A stretch of DNA of 64,000 nt from an uncultured Acidimicrobiaceae bacterium (lineage in GTDB: Bacteria > Actinomycetota > Acidimicrobiia > Acidimicrobiales > Bog-793): assembly GCA_963801185.1 (NCBI GenBank), contig CAWDDW010000001.1, forward strand, positions 112,928 through 176,927. Reading direction: 5' to 3'. The position numbers and the translations under genes are program-made. The notes under the pieces were generated by a model, which was given only the letters and a program-made list of their open reading frames with translations, was not told the origin of the DNA and ran no database searches. Shown here piece by piece: positions 8,399-16,292 of the stretch (position 1 is the stretch's first letter; each line of letters opens with the position of its first letter).

Positions 8399-10054
8399 TC
8401 ATCGTGAGCGACGCTCGGTCACAAGCGGCGTCAGTCGTTCTGCCAGCGCTTCGCGCCCGCTGAAGCTCAGCATGTTGTGGTCGAGTTCGTCCATACGGAT
8501 CACCTGAAGGCGAGCGCCCTCGCCGCTTGAGCCAAGGACGGACAGTGCTCGCATGCCGTTCTCGCCGGCGGCGACGGAGAGGCTCTCGTGGTCCTCGGCA
8601 GACAGGATCAGCGTCGTGTCCACATGGCGGTCTGAGAGCCACGTGAGGAGCGCGACCGGATCCCCGCTTGCGGGTTCCTTGCTGCTCTCGTCCCCGGTGA
8701 GCCTGACGGTGTTCCAATAGATCTGGTTGACCAGATGAACGGTCTGCACGCCTAGGGTACCGGCGGCCATCGCTGCAACCCATGCACCGGAGCACAGGCC
8801 CACGAATGTGACGGCTTCGGGGGCGTCCGGTGATAGCTCCAGGGCCGCGCTCACCGCATCCTCGACGAACTCTGGTGCATAGAGCGATGGCCTCTCTGAC
8901 GCCGCCAGGCTGTCTCCGATGCCCCTCAAGTCGAAGCGCAGCGCTCGGATTCCTCGGCAAGCCCAGCTTCTGGCGAGCTCAACCCACTGGCGGGAAGGAC
9001 CGATGTGATGTTCGAAGAACGGGTTGAGGAATACCACAGTGAGGCGGCTTTCTCCGCCGGCCTCGGTGAGCATGCCGAAGAGCCGATTGGCTCCGATGCT
9101 GATCGCGCGCTCGACGACGGGGCGCTCGTCTGGGGTCTTCCCGACAACGGCGAAGGGGCGGTCGTCTGGCGCGAGCGAGTGAGCGTCTGTGGGCAAGGTG
9201 TCAGACAGAAAGGATGTGATGGTCCCGAGGGTGGCTTGACTGAAGACCGCGCCCGATGGCGCCGTCTCGAGAAGCTGTCGCTGGCCGGGCACTTCGAGAT
9301 GTGTGACGAGCGGGTTGGAGATCAACTGCTCGAGCAATGGGGTCGGGGCCTCATCGACCCGGGTGAGCACCATGGTGGGCATCGTCGTATCGATTTGGTC
9401 AGGTAGCTCAAGGGCCGTGAGCCGCGCTGATGTCTCGGGAGAAAAGCATGCTCCCGGTATCTCGGTCCAATCAGGAGGCGCCTGCGCACCGCCGATGGCG
9501 CGGACCGTCAGCCTTTGCAGGAGGTATTGCTCACGCAGAAAGGTCGATCCGCTCGCGCAAGGGTCCCACAGGACGAGCGCTTCGAATCGACCAAGCTCAC
9601 TGGCGACACGCGCTGCCAGCGTGGCTCCTATCCGCAACCCCAGCAGGGCGATTCGCTGCTCGCCGGCATCGCTGGCGAAGCGGATGGCGGCTTTGATGCT
9701 CCACAGCCACGACTCGATGAGGTCGGTGTACGTACCTTGGTCGCCAGAGTCGCCGGTTCCGCAGTAGTCGAAACGGAGCGCGGCGAAGCCGGCACCCGCG
9801 AGTTGGTCCGCCAAGGTTCGGAGCGCTTCATAGCTAGCGTCGTGCTCGCGGCCAACCGGCGGACAGATCACTATTGTGGCTCTGGTGTTCTCGTCGGGCG
9901 GTCGGTGAAGCCAGCCGAAAAGCGGCGTTCCTCGGTCTTCGAACCACGTCGGCACGGCGAGCCCTTGCATGGTTGTGGCCAGCCGCTGGGTGTTGAGCGG
10001 GAGTGGTTCGGTCAACGAGGGAGAGGCGATCGGAGATTCATCGGTGGCCCGCAT
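8399..10054 (-). CDS. Fused tandem alpha/beta-hydrolase-fold protein (two hydrolase-like halves)
   Basis: 551-aa ORF. Half 1: PLFGWLHRPP..IVICPPVGREH..LRFDYCGTGDSGD..LLGLRIGATLAA. Half 2: VVFLNPFFEHH..LRFDLRGIGDSLA..FVGLCSGAWVAA. The start is uncertain: ATG 10054 abuts the divergent PPTase start, and the internal ATG at 9970 (MQGLAVPTWF) is an alternative. Confidence 0.7.
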   Translation of the reverse strand: MRATDESPIASPSLTEPLPLNTQRLATTMQGLAVPTWFEDRGTPLFGWLHRPPDENTRATIVICPPVGREHDASYEALRTLADQLAGAGFAALRFDYCGTGDSGDQGTYTDLIESWLWSIKAAIRFASDAGEQRIALLGLRIGATLAARVASELGRFEALVLWDPCASGSTFLREQYLLQRLTVRAIGGAQAPPDWTEIPGACFSPETSARLTALELPDQIDTTMPTMVLTRVDEAPTPLLEQLISNPLVTHLEVPGQRQLLETAPSGAVFSQATLGTITSFLSDTLPTDAHSLAPDDRPFAVVGKTPDERPVVERAISIGANRLFGMLTEAGGESRLTVVFLNPFFEHHIGPSRQWVELARSWACRGIRALRFDLRGIGDSLAASERPSLYAPEFVEDAVSAALELSPDAPEAVTFVGLCSGAWVAAMAAGTLGVQTVHLVNQIYWNTVRLTGDESSKEPASGDPVALLTWLSDRHVDTTLILSAEDHESLSVAAGENGMRALSVLGSSGEGARLQVIRMDELDHNMLSFSGREALAERLTPLVTERRSR

Positions 10055-10784
10055 GACAACTTATGATCATCCCATGATGTTGGCGGAGCGGGTGAGCCCG
10101 AGGGTCGACCTTCGAGCCGGCGAAGTCCATGTCTTTATAGTAGGCGTCGATGAGTTTCCCGAACATCTCTCTCCGTTGTCAGAGCGGATCGATCCACCTT
10201 CGGGACGGCGCACAACGGATCCTCGTCACCGGGCGGTCGTTGCGGGCAACGTTGCCCTCCGCAGGATGATCTCTTCCGTCCTCGGCATGCCTGCCGAGCT
10301 CGTTCGGATCGATCGGACATGTCCCCATTGCGGTGACTGCCGGCACGGCAAACCTAAGGTGATCGACCCCGTGGCTGGCGAGCTCGACTACAGCATCTCG
10401 TACTCGGGTGCGCACGCGTTGGTCGCACTCGCTCGGGGTTGCCAGGTTGGCGTTGACATAGAAGCGGTAGGAGACGACGATCGCTTGTCGCGCTGGTGTT
10501 TCGCAGGAGAGGAGAGAGTGCTCCTCACAGGGCTGCACTCGCATGAGCGGCACGAGCAAACCGCTCGGTCGTGGGTCCGCAAAGAGTCGGTTGCCAAGGC
10601 GTGTGGCCTCGGGTTGTTCATGCCGATGAGCCGAATCGTGGCGACCGGCGACCGGTCCGGCTGGAAGTTGCCGTCGCGCGACTGGCAGGTGGTGGACATC
10701 GACGTCCCGACAGGTCACGTGGCAGCCGTGGCCTGTGACGACCCGGTGGCGTCGGTGACGATCAGCAAGTGGACGTGGACGTGA
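10053..10784 (+). CDS. 4'-phosphopantetheinyl transferase, Sfp type
   Basis: Track ORF 9969..10784. Motifs: HGKPKV, SISYSGAHALVA, VGVDIE, WVRKESVAKACG. ATG 10053 (MTTYDHP) or 10074/10077 is preferred over the track start. Confidence 0.8.
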   Translation: MTTYDHPMMLAERVSPRVDLRAGEVHVFIVGVDEFPEHLSPLSERIDPPSGRRTTDPRHRAVVAGNVALRRMISSVLGMPAELVRIDRTCPHCGDCRHGKPKVIDPVAGELDYSISYSGAHALVALARGCQVGVDIEAVGDDDRLSRWCFAGEERVLLTGLHSHERHEQTARSWVRKESVAKACGLGLFMPMSRIVATGDRSGWKLPSRDWQVVDIDVPTGHVAAVACDDPVASVTISKWTWT

Positions 10785-10802
10785 GGGACCGGAGCGGCTC
10801 GG

Positions 10803-11048
10803 ATGTCTGATAGAGATGCGATCCTGCAGCTTCTCTCTCAGGAGACCGAGCTCGACCCCGCGGCTTTCGGGGCGGAGTGGGCGCTCATAGATCTCGGCAT
10901 CTCATCATTCGCCGTGATGAAGCTCCTTGTGGCGCTCGAAACGCGCTTTGACATTGAGTTCTCCGACGAGCAGATGGAAGAGATCGTGAGTTCGCCGGTC
11001 TCGGAGCTGCCGACGGTCGTCGAGCGAGCGCTCGCCGCCAAGCCCTGA
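10803..11048 (+). CDS. Stand-alone acyl carrier protein (81 aa)
   Basis: Small acidic helical ORF with the carrier-protein attachment region LIDLGISSFAVMKLLVALE. It sits 18 nt after the PPTase and 3 nt before the ligase. Confidence 0.7.
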   Translation: MSDRDAILQLLSQETELDPAAFGAEWALIDLGISSFAVMKLLVALETRFDIEFSDEQMEEIVSSPVSELPTVVERALAAKP

Positions 11049-11051
11049 GGC

Positions 11052-12569
11052 ATGGACGTCCTCGAGCTCGTACTCGAGCAAGCCAGGGCTCACCCGGACC
11101 GACCCGCGGCGAAGGACCTCACGACCGATCTGAGCTTCGCCGAGCTCGCGGGCGCTGTCGCAAGGCTGGCTGCCGGGCTGTTCGAACATGGCGTGCGCGC
11201 GGGGGATCGTGTCGGCCTCCATTTGGCGAACTCTGTCGACTTCCTCGTGTCGACGCTTTCGTGCATGTGGGTGGGGGCGATCTTCGTGCCTCTCGCACAT
11301 GCAGATCCAGTCTCGAGGATCGAGGAGATCATCACCGATTCCGAACCGGCCGTGGTCCTCGCACTCCCCGGCTCTCGGGGCACAACGGCGACGGAGATTC
11401 CCTATGCAGGCCGTCCCGTGGCCTCACCCCACGCTCTCTCCCGGCCGGGCGCCGCGCCGCCGCCTGCCGCCAGCGAGGAGAGCCGCCCGGCGTACTGCAT
11501 CTACACCTCTGGCACGACCGGCTCTCCAAAGGGCGTGCTCATCGATCACAAGGCCTTCCTCGCTGCAGTTCTCTCCGCTGCTGAGATACTCGGTCTCGAC
11601 GATCGGACTCGGGCGCTGTGCGTGTCGCCGTTTCATTTCGATGGGTCGTACGGCACCTTGTTCCCTGTGCCCGTAACGGGCGGGTCCCTAGTGATACCGC
11701 GTCGGGAGTCGTTGATGCTGCCGCGGCTCTTCTTCAAGGTCGTCGCTGACGAGGTGGTCAACCATACGAGCCTCTCACCGACCTACCTTCGGCTCCTGCT
11801 CTCGAGCCCTCACCTGTCCGACCTCAATCGGACGTCACTCCGGACGATGGCGGTTGGCGGAGAGGCCCTCCTGCCCGCCGACCTCCTGGCATTGTGGGAC
11901 GCTGTCCCGAATCTGCGCGTCTTCAATCGGTACGGCCCCACGGAGACGACGATCGCCGTCACCACCCACGAGGTGACGGCGGAGATGGTCATGGACGGCG
12001 GCCTCGTTCCGATCGGTCGTCCGCACCCGGGCGTTCGCTTCCACATCCTCGACGCCGAAGGCCACGTCGTCGTAGGACCCCGCGAGGTGGGAGAGCTATA
12101 CATCGGCGGTTCGCAGCTAATGACCGGGTACTGGGGCGATCCGAACCTCACGGCGGAGGTGATGCGGACTGACGCAGTTCCCGGAGAGCTCTGCTACAGG
12201 ACTCGTGACCTCGTGTTCCGCGACGAAGCCGGTAGCTACTTCTATGTGGGCCGAGCCGACCGCGTGGTGAAGCGCAGCGGCGTGAGGATCTCGCTCGACG
12301 AGATGGCTGGAGCCTTGAGTAACCTTGATAGCGTCTCGGCGGCTCACTGCGTCAGCTACGACCGCTCCGGTGACCTCGCGATAGCGGCTTTCGTTGTGGC
12401 GACGACGGCTGTCAGTGCCCCGGAGCTTCGTCACGCGGCCCGGGAGATCCTTCCAGCGACAATGCTGCCAGACGTGATCGAAATCGTCGAAGGCCTCCCT
12501 CTGACCGGCTCGAACAAGGTCGATGAGAACATGCTGCTCGCGGCGGCCGGGCTCGGAGAGCGGGAGTAG
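11052..12569 (+). CDS. Stand-alone AMP-forming acyl-CoA/acyl-ACP ligase (ANL adenylating enzyme)
   Basis: 505-aa ORF. Motifs: AYCIYTSGTTGSPKGVLIDH, NRYGPTETT, GELYIGGSQLMTGY, YRTRDL, GRADRVVKRSGVRISLDEM, SNKVD. Confidence 0.9.
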   Translation: MDVLELVLEQARAHPDRPAAKDLTTDLSFAELAGAVARLAAGLFEHGVRAGDRVGLHLANSVDFLVSTLSCMWVGAIFVPLAHADPVSRIEEIITDSEPAVVLALPGSRGTTATEIPYAGRPVASPHALSRPGAAPPPAASEESRPAYCIYTSGTTGSPKGVLIDHKAFLAAVLSAAEILGLDDRTRALCVSPFHFDGSYGTLFPVPVTGGSLVIPRRESLMLPRLFFKVVADEVVNHTSLSPTYLRLLLSSPHLSDLNRTSLRTMAVGGEALLPADLLALWDAVPNLRVFNRYGPTETTIAVTTHEVTAEMVMDGGLVPIGRPHPGVRFHILDAEGHVVVGPREVGELYIGGSQLMTGYWGDPNLTAEVMRTDAVPGELCYRTRDLVFRDEAGSYFYVGRADRVVKRSGVRISLDEMAGALSNLDSVSAAHCVSYDRSGDLAIAAFVVATTAVSAPELRHAAREILPATMLPDVIEIVEGLPLTGSNKVDENMLLAAAGLGERE

Positions 12570-13209
12570 CCGACGTCGTCAGGGAGTTAAGCCGCCGCTG
12601 TGAGAGCATCCTCGTCAGCGCTTCGGCGTGAGCCCGGAGAGCCTGGACATCACACCGACGAGCCGGCCGGCCCAAATGGGAGCGAAGGCACCGGAAATGG
12701 GCTCGACCAGCGAGTTTGTAGCTGTTCGGGCGCATGGTGCTGTCGGTCGCGACGAGACCAGGCACCCTCTCGGCGGCTCGCTCTGGGGGTCCGCGCCTCG
12801 ACAGGATCGGGATGATACGTTCAGACCGATGTCGCCGCTCGACAGCCGCGATCCTTCCTGCCAAGCGTGGTCGACGACGCTCTGCCCGCATCCCGATGAG
12901 CCCGGCGGGTGCACCTGTCAAAGCTGCCTTGATGCGCCGATCCCGCAGCCCGCGGAGAGCGTCCGCTACGAGGAGAGCTGGCGTCCGCCCAGGTCGCGCG
13001 TCTGGCGCTTGCTCAAACCCCGATCTGATGCCTTTGCCAAGCAGATCGACGCATACCTCGATCTCTTAGCAGCGGAGTCTGCCCCGTTCAGCGGGCACCG
13101 CAGTCCCGAGGAGGCTGCGGAGCGACGTAGGAGCTGCGAGCGGGCCGGCGCTCGGCAGGTGCACAGAGTGAGCTGACGGCGGTCCCTCGCTCCGGGTGCC
13201 CCGGTCGCG

Positions 13210-14988
13210 TCATCCGAGCAGCTCATCGACACACCGCTGAGCGTCGAGGCATACGCGCATCCTGCTCTTCGGCGAGGGAAGGTAATGCGTGAAGTAGCGC
13301 ACGCCCTCGGTCAAGGCCCCGAGTATCCAGAGCCGTGGCTGGACCTGCCCACTGTGGTCGATCGGATGGAAGTCCTCGGAGAGCGCCACACTGCCGACCG
13401 GAGTCTCGCCGTACTTGAACTGCTGGAGCCGACCCTGCCGGTAGAGCTTCGTCAAGAGGGTCGACGAGGAGCGATGCAAAGTCGGATCTTCGAGATACCC
13501 CTGGATGAGCAGGTCGACCTGAGATGAGTAGGGGGTGTCGAGCTCCCTCGAGCGGATGGTCCGTCTTGCATGGGAAGTGGTCAGTCTCGGTCCTGGGCCG
13601 AAGGGGACTCTCACGACTCCAGCATCCATGAGCGCGAGCAGCTGCTGAGAGCGGACAGCGGGGGGTCCAGCCACCAGACGGCTCACTTTGCTCCGTATGT
13701 TGGAGTGGAAGTCGAGGTAGGACTCGAGCGAAAGCCCGCCGAACTCAATGACCGAGCGCATCGCGTCGCGTTGGAAGCGGAGAACCTCGTAAGCAGCCTT
13801 CACCGCACTGGAGGGTCCCTTGAGTGCCTCTTCCAGATCGGCTTCGATCATGGCGTACACACGGTCCTCGTAGTCCTTTGAGGAGACGAAACCCTCCTCG
13901 GGAGCGAAGAACTGACGGTTCGCGTCAAAGGAGCCGTAGCGTGCCGCGTACGGGGCGACGGCCGTCTCGAAGTCAGCGCCGATGGATGACTGCTCGAGGC
14001 GGGCGCGTACCTCCTTGGCAGCCTCAGGCCCAGCTACCAAAGAGGCGGAATGGATGTAGTACCGGGCCTGCATCTCGGCGAGAATGAGAGGTAGGAGCAT
14101 CGTTCTTACATCGACTTGGCCGGCGCCAGTTCGAATCGCTTTGACCGCCTCGGGGGTGCAGATGACTGGCGCGTATTCATCAGTCTCGTCAAGGGCTCCG
14201 ACGGCTTTGGCGCAGTAAGGAAAGCCGCTCCGGGAGAACAGATAAATGAGCGGCTCACGACCGCTCGCGTGATACCGAAGCCGATCGTTGCGCTCGGCAA
14301 ATGATCCGCCGTTGCCGAGCGTGAGCGCTGTGATCACATCGGTTGCCACGAGGCCCATGCCGACGACTCCGACGGAGGCCGTCGACGGGACACGTTCGAG
14401 GTAATTGGTAACCGGGTAGGGCCTCACGAGGTGTTCAGGATGATCGAGGTTCTCTGTGTGACCAGTTGTCAGCACGACGTGGTCCACGGCAATGACCTCG
14501 CCGTTGGCGAGCAACACGCGCTCGCTCCCGTCCGGTTGCCTCTCGATGTCGACCGCGAGGGCTCGGTGCTCGATGACCTCGAGGGACCACGGCGCCTCTT
14601 CCAAGAGAGTCTGGTAGAACCATTGGAGATAGGCGCCCATGACGCGCCTGGGCAGATAATCGTGCGGCGAGATCTCCCGTCCGGACGGCCCGACTCTGCA
14701 GTGGTCACCATTCCAGCGATAGCCAACCCGCCTTGCCCACTCATACAGGCCGATTCCGTAACGCGGCGGTGTTCCCTCGTAGCTCCAGGGGTAAAGCGAC
14801 AGCTGGCCGCACGGGGTGTTCAGCAGCAAGTAGTCCGGCTGATCCAACACGTACACACCTGGGCCGGCCGGACCAACCTCTATTACGTGGACGCGGGTGG
14901 CGTCGGGTCGAGTGCGCGCGGCATCGACAAGGCGCTCCAGCACGCACAAACCCCATGATCCGAGACCGACAAGAGCTACCTCTGTCAC
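13210..14988 (-). CDS. Large FAD/NAD(P)-binding domain protein (about 590 aa)
   Basis: Track ORF 13210..15135. The dinucleotide-binding stretch VALVGLGSWGLCVLERL follows directly after the internal GTG at 14988, which I take as the likelier start. A second Rossmann-like stretch is SVGVVGMGLVATDVI. The family call rests on fold pattern only. Confidence 0.6.
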   Translation of the reverse strand: MTEVALVGLGSWGLCVLERLVDAARTRPDATRVHVIEVGPAGPGVYVLDQPDYLLLNTPCGQLSLYPWSYEGTPPRYGIGLYEWARRVGYRWNGDHCRVGPSGREISPHDYLPRRVMGAYLQWFYQTLLEEAPWSLEVIEHRALAVDIERQPDGSERVLLANGEVIAVDHVVLTTGHTENLDHPEHLVRPYPVTNYLERVPSTASVGVVGMGLVATDVITALTLGNGGSFAERNDRLRYHASGREPLIYLFSRSGFPYCAKAVGALDETDEYAPVICTPEAVKAIRTGAGQVDVRTMLLPLILAEMQARYYIHSASLVAGPEAAKEVRARLEQSSIGADFETAVAPYAARYGSFDANRQFFAPEEGFVSSKDYEDRVYAMIEADLEEALKGPSSAVKAAYEVLRFQRDAMRSVIEFGGLSLESYLDFHSNIRSKVSRLVAGPPAVRSQQLLALMDAGVVRVPFGPGPRLTTSHARRTIRSRELDTPYSSQVDLLIQGYLEDPTLHRSSSTLLTKLYRQGRLQQFKYGETPVGSVALSEDFHPIDHSGQVQPRLWILGALTEGVRYFTHYLPSPKSRMRVCLDAQRCVDELLG

Positions 14989-15188
14989 GGCGCCCAACTG
15001 TCGGATCGAATAGTAGCTGCCCCCAGCCCCACCCCTACAAGCTACCGCGGCTGAGCCAACCCGTCGCACGCTGCTGGTTTGGCCTCCCTCGAGCGTCGAT
15101 TCCGAACAGGCGGCTCGGGGTTCCGGCCCCATCACGCCGGGCCGCGCTCGATTGAGACGGTAGTCGTAGCTCTCTATGCTGGTCTCGG

Positions 15189-15237
15189 GTCATCGACTTC
15201 GAGCAGCGGAGGTGTGTTATCCCAGTCGTCATCGACT
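15189..15237. repeat. 10-nt direct repeat GTCATCGACT (15189-15198 and 15228-15237) in the divergent intergenic region between the FAD protein gene and metA-like gene
   Basis: Read directly from the sequence. The two exact copies are 39 nt apart start-to-start and lie 70-120 nt upstream of GTG 15309. Confidence 0.5.
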
Positions 15238-15308
15238 CGCCGGATTCCGCGCCTTCCTCTGGGAGCGGGTCCCCGCGGAGCGCTCGTGGCCGCAGTACCG
15301 ATACCCCG

Positions 15309-16292
15309 GTGCTCGAGATCGCGCTAGTGAACAACATGCCGGATGGGGCTTTTGCTGAAACGGAGCGACAGTTCACGCGCTTGCTCGAGGACGCGTCCGA
15401 CGACCTCGAGTTGCGTGTGGGCCTCTACAGCCTGCCGGGGCTCCCGCGAAGCGAGGATACGGCTGGTTACATCTCGTCTCGCTACTACCCGCTCGAGCGA
15501 CTGTTTGGAATGCAGGCCGATGCCGTGATCGTGACGGGCACCGAGCCGCTCGCAGAGCACCTCACAGCCGAGCCGTACTGGGAGGCATTGACCGGTTTGA
15601 TCAACTGGGCGGCGGAATCCACCGTCTCTGCCGTCCTCTCGTGCTTGGCAGCCCATGCCGCCGTTCTGCTCTTCGACGGGATCGAGCGCGAGCCACTTGC
15701 CGAGAAGTGCTCCGGCGTCTTCTCTCACGAAGTGGTCACGTCGCACACGCTCGTCGAGGGGATGGCGGGCCCGATCTTCGTGCCGCACTCGCGGCTTAAC
15801 GACGTGCCCTACCGCTCGCTAAGTGAGCACGGTTATACGAGCTTCCTCAGTTCACACGAGCTCGACTGGACCGTGCTTGCACGAGAGCGCGGCAACTGTC
15901 TCTTCATGTTCGTCCAGGGCCACCCCGAGTACTCGACCTCGAGCCTATTGCGGGAGTACCGGCGCGATCTGCATCGGTTCATCCGAGGAGAACGTGACCA
16001 TTCTCCGCCCGTGCCGAGCAACTACCTCGATGAGGAAGGCGAGCGGTTGCTGCGGGAGTTCGCCGCGGCAACACGGACACAACCGGGGTCGGCCGACGTG
16101 ATGGAAAGGTTTCCTTTCGATCACGTCAGGCAGCACGTGGTAAATACCTGGCGGGCACCGGGCAAGCGATTGTACGCGAACTGGATCAAAGAAATCCTGC
16201 GTCGCAAGCATCACAGGAAAACAGGTCGCGTCAGTGCCGCGGGCGAGCAGCCGGTGAGCGAAGAACAAGGAACGAGGTCTGCTGGTGCGTGA
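15309..16292 (+). CDS. metA: Homoserine O-acyltransferase (MetA/HTS family), short N-terminus
   Basis: LEIALVNNMPDGAFAETERQFTRLL resembles the MetA ILNLMP...TE.QF.RLL region. Active-site Cys lies in VLSCLAAHAAV. The His/Glu motif is VQGHPEYS. GTG start with no obvious SD. Confidence 0.8.
   Translation: MLEIALVNNMPDGAFAETERQFTRLLEDASDDLELRVGLYSLPGLPRSEDTAGYISSRYYPLERLFGMQADAVIVTGTEPLAEHLTAEPYWEALTGLINWAAESTVSAVLSCLAAHAAVLLFDGIEREPLAEKCSGVFSHEVVTSHTLVEGMAGPIFVPHSRLNDVPYRSLSEHGYTSFLSSHELDWTVLARERGNCLFMFVQGHPEYSTSSLLREYRRDLHRFIRGERDHSPPVPSNYLDEEGERLLREFAAATRTQPGSADVMERFPFDHVRQHVVNTWRAPGKRLYANWIKEILRRKHHRKTGRVSAAGEQPVSEEQGTRSAGA

Noticed and set aside
12628-13176. 182-aa ORF, and the antisense ORFs 12412..12921, 12615..12914 and 12966..13232, as genes
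   Set aside because: They are compositionally odd (Arg/Pro/Ser-rich) and mutually overlapping. They have no motifs, no SD, and lower third-position GC than their neighbours. I kept the region as an unexplained gap instead.
14989-15308. A SAM riboswitch or other leader upstream of the metA-like/metY-like genes
   Set aside because: I compared the region by eye with remembered SAM-I and SAM-IV cores and saw no convincing match. Only the 10-nt direct repeat stands out. An Rfam scan would be needed for certainty.
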